Positions 22,048 to 30,893 of a stretch of DNA of 64,000 nucleotides are shown piece by piece. This DNA is from an uncultured Acidobacteriota bacterium (GTDB lineage: Bacteria > Actinomycetota > Acidimicrobiia > Spongiisociales > ZC4RG35). A model generated the notes under the pieces. That model had not been told where the DNA came from, ran no database searches, and saw only the letters and a program-made list of their open reading frames with translations. The position numbers and the translations under genes were made by a program. The stretch's first letter is position 1. Each line of letters opens with the position of its first letter. The DNA lies in contig CAWHEU010000009.1 of assembly GCA_963828465.1 (NCBI GenBank), positions 9,318-73,317 on the forward strand. Reading direction: 5' to 3'.

Positions 22048-22081
22048 GACCGGGGGCCCGGCAATCGCTGGGCCCCCGGTC
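22048..22081 (-). terminator. pstS-pstC intercistronic stem-loop
   Basis: GACCGGGGGCCC...GGGCCCCCGGTC inverted repeat. Confidence 0.7.
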
Positions 22082-22089
22082 GGGTTCGT

Positions 22090-23193
22090 TCAGCCGCCCA
22101 TCGCGCCTGTCCAGGCGGTGCGGGTGGCTTCGATGTCTTCTGCCGGCAGTGCGACGTATCCGGCATCTCCGACGGCAGCGAGACCCTCGTCCGAGAGGTA
22201 ATAGTCGACGAATGCTGTCAGCTCGGGCCGATTGGCCAGGTCAGTCGTGTTGACGTAGATGAAGAGCGGCCTCGACAGTGGATACTCGAAGCTGGCGATC
22301 GTCTCCGCTGTCGGACCTACGCATCCCGACTCTCCGCTGTCGACTTCGAGTGCCTTCAGCACGTCCTGATTCGCTTCGAAGAAAGCAAACCCGACCCAGC
22401 CAAGGGATGTGGGGTTCTCAGTGATTCCTTGGACGATCACGTTGTCGTTGGCAGACGCCTCGTAGTCAGCCCTGGTGAAGTCGTTGTCCTCGCCAAGGCG
22501 CTCTTCGGAGATGTCCGCGATCACCAACTCGACGAAAGTGTCGTAGGTACCCGACTCCTCACCCGGAGCGGTGATGACCAGCGGCTCTTCGGCATATGGA
22601 GCATTGGGTGCCTCGAGCTCGGCGGCCAGCTCGTTGGCATCAGACCAGTTGGCGAATCCTTCTGACTCGGGCCCGAGGAGGGCATAGAGATCGGTGAAGG
22701 CGAGACAGCTCACTGCCTCGTTTTCAGGGCTGGTGAGAACTGTCAACCCGTCTGTGGCAATGTGCAGTTCGACATAGGAGATCCCGGAAGCCTCACACGC
22801 AGCGATCTCTTCCTCGGAGATGGGACGAGAGGCGTCGGAGATGTCGGTCTCGCCGGCGCAGAACCGGGCGAATCCATCACCAGTGCCGGGGCCTTCGACG
22901 GAGGTGGCGACGCCGGGATTCGCTGCATCGAACGCCTCCCCGACTCTCGCCGTGATCGGCTCCACGGTGGACGACCCGGACACGACAACGCTGCCTGAGA
23001 GATCGCCGCCGGCTCCGCCCTCGGCTGAAGTCGCTGGCTCCTCGGTGGCCGCGGTGGTGTCCGGTGCTGCTTCTGTGGTCTCAGACGCAGCCCCGGATGT
23101 GGTCGTGTCGCCTGATCCGTCGCCGCCGCAGGCGGCGAGGACGAGGGCAAGGGCCCCAAGCAGGGCCAAGAGACGGATGGTTCGGGATTTCAT
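22090..23193 (-). CDS. pstS: Phosphate-binding lipoprotein PstS
   Basis: Lipobox LAAC, SGSSTVEP, GTGDGF..FC, DASR, SGTYDTF, YPLSRPLFIY. Confidence 0.92.
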   Translation of the reverse strand: MKSRTIRLLALLGALALVLAACGGDGSGDTTTSGAASETTEAAPDTTAATEEPATSAEGGAGGDLSGSVVVSGSSTVEPITARVGEAFDAANPGVATSVEGPGTGDGFARFCAGETDISDASRPISEEEIAACEASGISYVELHIATDGLTVLTSPENEAVSCLAFTDLYALLGPESEGFANWSDANELAAELEAPNAPYAEEPLVITAPGEESGTYDTFVELVIADISEERLGEDNDFTRADYEASANDNVIVQGITENPTSLGWVGFAFFEANQDVLKALEVDSGESGCVGPTAETIASFEYPLSRPLFIYVNTTDLANRPELTAFVDYYLSDEGLAAVGDAGYVALPAEDIEATRTAWTGAMGG

Positions 23194-23294
23194 CCCTTTT
23201 TGCTCCTTTTTCGTGGGAACGTTCCCCAATCGAGGCCGCGGGTCACCCCACCGCCGAGGTGAACGTATGGGGTGTCGTTTACCGGGCGTTTGCT

Positions 23295-23316
23295 TGCAGG
23301 TGAACGAGCGATGAAC
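23295..23316 (-). promoter_or_regulatory. PHO box (two 11-nt direct repeat units) upstream of pstS
   Basis: Minus strand GTTCATCGCTC-GTTCACCTGCA, matching actinobacterial GTTCAY 11-nt repeats; extra GTTCAC at 23259-23264. Confidence 0.7.
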
Positions 23317-23331
23317 GTTGTGCAGGGGGCC

Positions 23332-23478
23332 TACGCACGGCCTGGCGAGGTGGTGGTTAGTCAAGAAGTGGTCGATGCCGTCACCGACGACAACCTCGGG
23401 TTCTCAGAAATCGGGCCCGTCGAGTTGAAGGGGGTCTCGGGCCCCCAGCACCTCTACAGTGCCCGGAATCAGCCCTAG
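23332..23478 (+). pseudogene. C-terminal relic of class III adenylate/guanylate cyclase
   Basis: YARPGEVVVSQEVVDA...FSEIGPVELKGVSGP..LY, the last strands of the cyclase fold; no upstream catalytic part. Confidence 0.65.
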
Positions 23479-25526
23479 AGGACGGCCGATGCCCGGGCCC
23501 GGGCCAATTCCTGCAAGGCGATGTGGGCATCTACACCTGCAGAGGGCGAGACACGCTCCCAGGTGCCATCGGAGTGCAGGGCCCATGCCAGGTTGTCATC
23601 TGCGAGGAGGACATCCAGCACCTCGTCGACCCGGAACTGGAGATCAGGGTCGGTGATAGGAGCCAGGGCCTCCACACGGCGGTCGAGGTTTCGTGGCATC
23701 AGGTCGGCTGAGCCGATGTAGTAATGACGGGTGCGTCCCCTGGACCCGAAGCGATAGATCCGGGAGTGCTCGAGATACCTGCCTACCAGTGACCTGACCC
23801 GGATGTTCTCTGACATCCCTTCCACTCCGGGGCGAAGACAACAGATCCCTCGCACGATCAGATCGATGCGAGTGCCGGCCTGGGAAGCGGCGTAGAGAGA
23901 CTCGATCATCGAGGCGTCGACCAGGGAATTCATCTTCAACGTGATGTGCCCGTCGGAGCGGGACGCCTCGTCTTCGATCAACTCGGTAAGCCGGCTTCGG
24001 ATCCCGGTCGGCGACACCGCCAGCCGCTTGTACGTGGTCTGACGGGAATATCCGGTCAGATAGTTGAAGAGATCGGAGAGGTCGGCGCCGATCTCGGGGT
24101 CGGCGGTGAACATCCCGACGTCCTCGTATGTCCGGGCCGTCTTCTCGTTGTAGTTCCCGGTGCCGATATGGGCATAGCGCACCACTCCGACGCCCTCGCG
24201 CCGAACCACGAGGGCGAGCTTGGTGTGGGTCTTGAGCCCAACCACGCCGTAGGTGACGTGGACTCCCGAGTCTTCGAGTCGCTGGGCCCACTCGATGTTG
24301 CGCTCCTCGTCGAATCGTGCCTTCAGCTCGACGAGTGCCGCCACCTGTTTGCCGTTCTCCGCCGCCTTGATCAATGAGGCCATGATCGGGCTGTCGCTCG
24401 ACGTTCGGTACAGGGTCACCTTGATCGCCAGCACCTTCGGATCACGAGCTGCACGCTCCAGGAACGGTTCGACCGAGGAGCTGAACGAGTCGTAGGGATG
24501 ATGAGTCAGCAGATCGCCCTGTTTGATCACGTGGAACATGTCGACGTGCTCACCAGGAGAGCTGCCCAATCGCGCCGGGGTGACTCCGGCAAAGACCTCG
24601 AATTTCAACTCGGGTCGCTCCAGGTCGAAGAGCCCCATCAGTCCGGCAAGGTCTAGGGGGCCGTCGATGTGATAGACATCGTCTTCAGAGGCCCCCATCT
24701 CCCGCATCAGCAGGTCGAGGACCTCGTCGGGCATGTCAGGATGGACCTCGAGCCGAACGACGCTCCCGAAGCGTCGCTGGGTGAGCTCCGACTCGAGGGC
24801 CATGAGCAGATCGCCGCCTTCGTCCTCCTCGATCTCGATGTCGGCATTGCGCGTGACACGGAACGCGTCCTGCCCGAGGACCTCCATCCCTGGGAAGAGT
24901 GCGGTCATGTGGGCCTCGATCACCTGCTCGAGTGGGACGAATCGCTCCAAGTCGGGAAGCACGACGAATCGAGGCAGGATCGGCGGAATCTTGACCCGAG
25001 CAAACCTGGTCAAGCCCGTCTCCGGGTGTCTGACCACCACCGCCATGTTGAGCGAGAGATTCGATATGTAGGGGAACGGGTGTGATGGATCGACCGCCAG
25101 GGGGGTCAGCACCGGGTACACGAGCTCGCGGAACTGGTGGTCGAGGTACTCCTTGTCATCCGGATCGAGGGTCGAGTAGTCGCTGAAAACGATGCCCTCG
25201 TTGGCCAGCGCCGGGGCGACCTCGGAGAGGAACTGCTTGGAGATGGCCTCGTATTGGACCTCCACCTCGCTTCGGATCGCCGCCAGCTGCTGACTTGGCG
25301 TGATCCCGTCCGGTGGCGTCAGCCCGACCCCGTGAGCAACCTGCTCCTTGAGACCAGCAACCCTCACTTGGAAAAACTCGTCCAGGTTCGAGGCCCAAAT
25401 CGCCAGGAACTTCACCTGTTCGAGCAAGGGGAAATCGGGCCGGCCCGCCAGGGACAGAACCCGTCGGTTGAACCCGAGCCACGAGAGCTCACGGTTCAGG
25501 AAATGGTCTGGGTTGAAAGCTTCCAT
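23475..25526 (-). CDS. ppk1: Polyphosphate kinase 1
   Basis: LNRELSWL, NLDEFFQVRVAG, HHPYDSF, ELKARFDE, LKTHTK, SADLMPRNLDRRVE. Confidence 0.96.
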   Translation of the reverse strand: MEAFNPDHFLNRELSWLGFNRRVLSLAGRPDFPLLEQVKFLAIWASNLDEFFQVRVAGLKEQVAHGVGLTPPDGITPSQQLAAIRSEVEVQYEAISKQFLSEVAPALANEGIVFSDYSTLDPDDKEYLDHQFRELVYPVLTPLAVDPSHPFPYISNLSLNMAVVVRHPETGLTRFARVKIPPILPRFVVLPDLERFVPLEQVIEAHMTALFPGMEVLGQDAFRVTRNADIEIEEDEGGDLLMALESELTQRRFGSVVRLEVHPDMPDEVLDLLMREMGASEDDVYHIDGPLDLAGLMGLFDLERPELKFEVFAGVTPARLGSSPGEHVDMFHVIKQGDLLTHHPYDSFSSSVEPFLERAARDPKVLAIKVTLYRTSSDSPIMASLIKAAENGKQVAALVELKARFDEERNIEWAQRLEDSGVHVTYGVVGLKTHTKLALVVRREGVGVVRYAHIGTGNYNEKTARTYEDVGMFTADPEIGADLSDLFNYLTGYSRQTTYKRLAVSPTGIRSRLTELIEDEASRSDGHITLKMNSLVDASMIESLYAASQAGTRIDLIVRGICCLRPGVEGMSENIRVRSLVGRYLEHSRIYRFGSRGRTRHYYIGSADLMPRNLDRRVEALAPITDPDLQFRVDEVLDVLLADDNLAWALHSDGTWERVSPSAGVDAHIALQELARARASAVL

Positions 25527-25565
25527 CTCTTGCTCACTGTTTAGAGCATCTGGATTACCAATTGG

Positions 25566-26180
25566 TTAACGGTCGAGACGAAGACCACCTAAGAGAAACT
25601 GTCGCAGGTGGCTCGTCACCGTCTGAGTGTGCTGCTGCGGATCGGGGGCGGATATCACCGATTTGGCCGCTGACATGATGGTGTCCTGGATGAGCCGTCC
25701 GGCGAGCTCGGCAGGCATCGACCGAAACTCCCCTGCCGCCACGCCCTCGTAATAGAGACCGATCATGGCCTCGGCCAGATGCGAGTGCGCGGCCCGGATC
25801 CTTTGCTGGGCCTCCAAACCCATGCGCCCGACCTCACGGTGGAGGATCAGACCGAACACGGGGTCACCGGCGACGAACTCGACGGTTCGCGCCGCGAGAT
25901 CGGCCAGTCGCTCGCCGGCAGTCCCGGATCGGGAGCTCGTAGTGATGAGATCGTCGATCACCCCGGGCAACTCTGCCTCGACCATGGTGGCGATCAAGTC
26001 GTCCCTGTCGACGAAGTAGTCGTAAAGGGTGGTCCGGCCCACCCCGGACGCGAGGGCGATCTCTCCCAACGGGATCTCGGCCGTGCCGGCGTCGGCGATC
26101 AGAGACTTTGCCGATGTCAGAAGGGAGGCGCGGGTCAGGGCCTTGTGCTCGTCGATCGAGGTCGCACGGATGCGGGGCAT
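25566..26180 (-). CDS. TetR/AcrR-family regulator
   Basis: MPRIRATSIDEH, GVGRTTLYDYF HTH; -10 TACGCT 6 nt before ATG. Confidence 0.88.
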   Translation of the reverse strand: MPRIRATSIDEHKALTRASLLTSAKSLIADAGTAEIPLGEIALASGVGRTTLYDYFVDRDDLIATMVEAELPGVIDDLITTSSRSGTAGERLADLAARTVEFVAGDPVFGLILHREVGRMGLEAQQRIRAAHSHLAEAMIGLYYEGVAAGEFRSMPAELAGRLIQDTIMSAAKSVISAPDPQQHTQTVTSHLRQFLLGGLRLDR

Positions 26181-26246
26181 GGGGAGAGCGTATCCGGGTT
26201 GTGAAGGAAGGACACTTGTAGATTCTCCGGCGGACAGGAGGACACG

Positions 26247-27282
26247 ATGGGTAACGATCAAGGGAACGCAGAGACGGTCCGGGTGCGGAAGCAAGCCCGA
26301 CCCTGGACCGGCTTCTTTCTGGGGCTCCTCCTCGGGCTCGCTGTGGCTGTGCTCATCCAACAGGCCGGAGTGTGGCCGTTGGACAGACTCCTCCTGTACG
26401 GGTCGGCCGGTGTCTTCGCCTTGATCGGGATCTTGATGAGTGGGGCGGGGAGGGAGCGGGCCGGAGCTTTCGCCAGCGTCGTGCCTCTCATCCTGGCCGT
26501 AGCTCTGATCGGATGGGGGGCAACAGGGATTGCCGAGGTCAACGAGAGCGGCCAGATCAACGGTGGATGTGCGGTGCAGGCCGAGTCTTCCGTCGACAGC
26601 ACGACGGTCACCGACACCAGCCGACAGGACCCGTTCCAGGTCGACCCCGAAGGGAGCCTCTCCTGGTCGGCCACATCACCTGCACCGATCACCAACCATC
26701 TCTGGGAGATCTATGTGGATGTCGGCGGCTTCCCCCTCGTTGTGGCATCCAATGACGAGCCCGAGCCGAATACCGACGACGACACCGAGAACACGGGTGA
26801 CGTCGCCGACATATCCGCCTACATCGCCGAGGTGTCGAATTTCACGGGTCTCGAGCTCGACGGGGTCTTCGAAGTCGGTGGTGGCATCGAAGGAGAAGGT
26901 GGCGCCTGTGATGGCTTCGGATTCGTCGAGCTGACCGCTGACCCGCTGACAACCCTGCTGTCTCAGATTGCGGCCGGAGTCGGATTGCTGGCTTTGATCA
27001 GCTTGCTCGTCCTCGCCTTCAGCCGGACCCGCGAGGCCGGGGTCGTGCCGGAGCAGCCCGTAGTCGATGACGAGGTCTCATCCGACGAGTTCGACGAGTC
27101 CTTCGCCGTCCACGGAGGCAGACGAGACCACTGCCGCGGCAGCAGCCGGCGCTGACGCCGGCGCGGCAACCGGCGGCGCACACATCCGTCCGGAGGAGGC
27201 CGAACCCGATGTCGCGCCGGAGCCGCCCGAGGAGTCGGTTGAAGCCGAGAAGCCGGAGTCCGACACGGGGGACGATTCCTGA
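26247..27282 (+). CDS. Hypothetical membrane protein with Cys-flanked extracytoplasmic domain and acidic tail, apparent frameshift at ~27110
   Basis: 3 N-terminal TMs, GGC...GAC domain, C-terminal TM; acidic tail continues in ORF 27067-27282. Confidence 0.65.
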
Positions 27283-27332
27283 CGAGAAATCGTCGTCTTG
27301 GCAAACAAGGGGATCAACGCGAAACTTGCGCT

Positions 27333-27617
27333 ATGAGCACAGGCCCAGTGCAGCTGACAACAGAGCTGGCGGCCGAGTGGAGAGAGCGCGCCGCATGTTC
27401 CGGCTACCGCCACACTCTGTTCTTCCCGGTCGGTGACACGGACGCCGCCGCCATCGATCGGGCCCTCGAGATTTGCCTGGGTTGCGCCGTGATCGACGAC
27501 TGCCTCGAGTACGCCCTGGAGACAAACCAAAGGGCAGGGATCTGGGGCGGCACGACCGAGGACGAGCGTCGCTCGTTGAGGCGGAAGTGGTTGGCCACGC
27601 GTCGTCGCGTCGGCTGA
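27333..27617 (+). CDS. WhiB-family Fe-S transcription factor (WhiB1-like)
   Basis: W...AAC, LFFPVG, CLGC, DCL, ALETNQ.AGIWGG..E.ERR. Confidence 0.9.
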   Translation: MSTGPVQLTTELAAEWRERAACSGYRHTLFFPVGDTDAAAIDRALEICLGCAVIDDCLEYALETNQRAGIWGGTTEDERRSLRRKWLATRRRVG

Positions 27618-27665
27618 CACGCTGAGGACCCGAAGCTGAACGGCACGAAAAGGGCCATCCTCGGC

Positions 27666-28802
27666 GTGGCCCTCCTGTTCTTCGTCAACGGGGTGGTAGT
27701 CGGCAGCTGGCTCCCCCGCCTTCCCGAGTTGAGGGACCGGCTCGGGATCGACTTGAGCGCCCTCGGCCTCACTCTGGCCCTCGGCGGGCTTGGGTCTCTG
27801 ATCGGCTCATCTCTGAGCGGTCTCGTCGTGGGACGCTTCGGTGCTCGACGAACGGCCGTGATCGCCGGTGCAGTGGTCTATCTCGCTCTCCCACTCATTG
27901 CTGTCGCGCCCGAGGCGCTGGTGCTCGCGCTGATTCTTGCGATCATCGGCTTCATCGACGCCCAAGCGGACGTGGGTATGAACGCCGTCGGGGTCCGGGT
28001 CGAGGAGGCCGTGGGCCGGTCGGTGATGACGAGGCTGCATGGCTTGTGGAGCTTGGGCACACTTATCGGCTCGGGCTTCAGCGCGCTGGCGGTCCTGGTT
28101 GGGATCGACTTGGGAATCCAGCTTCTAATCGTCTCTGCGATCGGTCTGGGTACGGCCCTGTACGCCGCACGCCTGATCCCGGAAACCGCTCCCCGTCGTC
28201 GCGAGGGAGAGCGGTCCGGCCGTCTCGCCTTCGGACTGATGCTCGCCGGCGCCTTTGCCGTGTTCATTGAAAGCGCGCCATTCGACTGGAGCGCTCTCTT
28301 TCTCGTCGACATCACCGGGACCGGGGAGGCCCTGGCGGGAACGGGTTTCATCGTCTTCACCGGGGGGATGCTGATCGGCCGCCTCGCCGGCGATCACGTG
28401 GTCGATCGATTCGGGGCGATTCCGACGCTGTACTCCGGCATCGTCGTCTCGGTGTTCGCTTGCTTCTTTGTGGTTGGGCTCCAGACAGTGGTGACGTCAT
28501 TGATCGGCTTCGCCGTCTGGGGACTGGGCATCTCGGTCGCACTGCCAGTGCTGTACAAGCTGGCCGGATCACATCGCTCTTTTGGAGAGGGTTCGGGTCT
28601 GGCCGCTCTCACCGTCGGAACCCGTCTCGGGTTCATGGTCGCCCCAGCGCTGATCGGCGTCGCCGCCACCGCTTGGACCCTGCCGGTCGCATTGGGCGTG
28701 ATCGTCACGCTCGCTGCGGTCGCCACGCTTCTCGCCGTCCGACTCACCATCGGCAGACCTATCCCGGTGGGGGATTCCCTTCCCGGGGATGGGGTCTCAT
28801 AA
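27666..28802 (+). CDS. MFS transporter
   Basis: About 12 TMs, WLPRLP, DVGMN, LHGLWSLG, GRLAGD; start could be about 10 codons earlier. Confidence 0.85.
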   Translation: MALLFFVNGVVVGSWLPRLPELRDRLGIDLSALGLTLALGGLGSLIGSSLSGLVVGRFGARRTAVIAGAVVYLALPLIAVAPEALVLALILAIIGFIDAQADVGMNAVGVRVEEAVGRSVMTRLHGLWSLGTLIGSGFSALAVLVGIDLGIQLLIVSAIGLGTALYAARLIPETAPRRREGERSGRLAFGLMLAGAFAVFIESAPFDWSALFLVDITGTGEALAGTGFIVFTGGMLIGRLAGDHVVDRFGAIPTLYSGIVVSVFACFFVVGLQTVVTSLIGFAVWGLGISVALPVLYKLAGSHRSFGEGSGLAALTVGTRLGFMVAPALIGVAATAWTLPVALGVIVTLAAVATLLAVRLTIGRPIPVGDSLPGDGVS

Positions 28803-28830
28803 TGTGTGCTCAACCGATCCGGGAAATGGC

Positions 28831-30156
28831 GTGAACAAGCAGGCCGAATATGTCATGCGGACCGTCGAGGAGCGTGGGATCAGATTCATCAGGCTCTGGT
28901 TCACCGACGTCCAAGGCTTCCTCAAGTCGGTTTCGATCAGCCCGGCCGAGCTCGAGGTTGCGTTCGAGGAGGGAATGACCTTCGACGGATCGGCCATCGA
29001 CGGGTATGCCCGGATCCAGGAAGCCGACATGCTGGCCCGACCCGACCCGTCGACCTTTGGGGTGCTCCCCTGGCGCACCGAACAGCAGGTGGCTCGGATG
29101 TTCTGTGACATCGCCACACCCGATGGCGAGCCTTTCTCGGGGGACCCCCGCATCGTCCTCAAGCGGAACCTCGGCCGCGCCTCGGAGATGGGATACAACT
29201 TCTACGCAGCGCCGGAGCTCGAGTTCTTCTACTTCAGGGACTCAGGTCCGGAGCCAGAGGTGCTCGACCACGGGGGCTATTTCGACATGACTCCGCTCGA
29301 CGTCGCCCAGGACTACCGGAGAGACACGATCAATGCGCTGGAGCAGATGGGCATCCCGATCGAGCATTCCCATCACGAGGTGGCGCCCAGCCAGCACGAG
29401 ATCATCGCCCGCTACACCGATGCGCTGACGATGGCCGACACCATCATGACCTCCCGCCTGACGGTCAAGGAAGTGGCCCTGAAGCACGGGATCTACGCCA
29501 CGTTCATGCCGAAGCCGCTCGAGGACCACGACGGCTCGGGCATGCACCTGCATCTGTCCCTCTTCGAGGATGATGTAAACGCCTTCCACGAGCCGGGGAC
29601 GCCAGGCGGCCTGTCGAAGATCGGCCAAGCGTTCATCTCAGGCATCCTCCGCCACGCCTCAGAGATGACCGCGATCACGAACCAATGGGTCAATTCCTAC
29701 AAACGGCTGGTCGACGGTTTCGACGCACCCATCTACATCTCCTGGGCCCGCAACAACCAATCGGCTCTGGTGAGGGTTCCGACGGTGAAGAAGGGCAAGC
29801 CATCGAGTGTCCGGGTCGAGTATCGGGCCGCCGATGCCGCCTGCAACCCCTACCTGACACTTTCGGTGATCCTCGCTGCAGGGTTGGCGGGTATCAGGGA
29901 GGGATACGAGCTGCCACCCGAGATCTCGGCCAACATCCATCTCATGACGCCGTCCGAACGCGCCGCGGCCGGGGCGAAGCGCCTCCCCGAGACGTTGTCC
30001 GAAGCTCTCGACCTCATGGAAGGGTCGGAGCTGATCGCAGAGGCGCTCGGTGAGCATGTCTTCGACTGGTTCCTCCGAAACAAGCGCAAGGAGTGGGACC
30101 GCTACCAACACCACGTCTCGCGCTTCGAGCTAGAGAGCTATCTGCCGGTCCTGTGA
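28831..30156 (+). CDS. glnA: Glutamine synthetase type I (GlnA2-like)
   Basis: FIRLWFTD, FDGSAIDG, HHEVAPSQHE, TFMPKP, GSGMHLH, VNSYKRL, NPYL. Confidence 0.9.
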   Translation: MNKQAEYVMRTVEERGIRFIRLWFTDVQGFLKSVSISPAELEVAFEEGMTFDGSAIDGYARIQEADMLARPDPSTFGVLPWRTEQQVARMFCDIATPDGEPFSGDPRIVLKRNLGRASEMGYNFYAAPELEFFYFRDSGPEPEVLDHGGYFDMTPLDVAQDYRRDTINALEQMGIPIEHSHHEVAPSQHEIIARYTDALTMADTIMTSRLTVKEVALKHGIYATFMPKPLEDHDGSGMHLHLSLFEDDVNAFHEPGTPGGLSKIGQAFISGILRHASEMTAITNQWVNSYKRLVDGFDAPIYISWARNNQSALVRVPTVKKGKPSSVRVEYRAADAACNPYLTLSVILAAGLAGIREGYELPPEISANIHLMTPSERAAAGAKRLPETLSEALDLMEGSELIAEALGEHVFDWFLRNKRKEWDRYQHHVSRFELESYLPVL

Positions 30157-30166
30157 ATCCCGCCCC

Positions 30167-30802
30167 GTGAACGTCGCCATCCACCCACCCGATTGCTCGG
30201 AGAGCATCCTCGATGGGTTGCTCCTGGCCGGGGCGACCCATGTCGCGGCCCCCGAGCTGGTGCCCGAGGAACGTGTGATCAATGACGCCGACATCCTCTT
30301 GGTCGAGCTCGGCGACCAACCGATCCGGCGTCTGCGGGAGGTGACCCGGATCGTGGAAGAGATCGGGCTCCCCATCATCCTCGCCATCTCCCTCGACCAA
30401 CTCGCCCTCGTCGATTCCACGAGCGGCATCTCCGACTTCATCACGGCCCCGGTCGACCCGCTCGAGCTCAGGTTGCGCGTCCAGCGGCTGGACAAGGAAG
30501 AGCAGACTGACGATCTGGTCGTGTTCAAGGACCTCGAGTTGAACACCCTCAATTACCAAGCAACGCTCGCCTCCAAGCCGATCGACCTCACCTTCATGGA
30601 GTACGAGCTGCTTCGATTCCTGGTCGGGAATCCGATCCGTGTCTGGTCCAGGGAACAGCTTCTCTCCAAGGTCTGGGGTTACGACTACTACGGCGGCGCC
30701 CGCACCGTCGATGTCCATATCCGCCGTCTCCGCTCCAAGCTCGGCGAGGAGCGCGCCTCCTGGATCACGACCGTGCGTTCGGTGGGGTACCGCTTCGGGT
30801 AG
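30167..30802 (+). CDS. Atypical OmpR-family regulator, GlnR-like
   Basis: LTFMEYELLRFL, REQLLSKVWGYDYYGGARTVDVHIRRLRSKLGEE, TVRSVGY; degenerate receiver domain. Confidence 0.8.
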   Translation: MNVAIHPPDCSESILDGLLLAGATHVAAPELVPEERVINDADILLVELGDQPIRRLREVTRIVEEIGLPIILAISLDQLALVDSTSGISDFITAPVDPLELRLRVQRLDKEEQTDDLVVFKDLELNTLNYQATLASKPIDLTFMEYELLRFLVGNPIRVWSREQLLSKVWGYDYYGGARTVDVHIRRLRSKLGEERASWITTVRSVGYRFG

Positions 30803-30809
30803 GACCGCA

Positions 30810-30860
30810 GCGAAGCTCAGCTTCTCCGACCCGGATATGGGTCCAGTCGTCTCAGGTTCG
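30810..30860 (+). repeat. 51-bp dispersed REP/MITE-like element, copy A
   Basis: 40/51 identical without gaps to the reverse complement of 40670-40720. Confidence 0.8.
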
Positions 30861-30893
30861 CCCCAACCAGCGTCGACCGACCACAATTGACAC

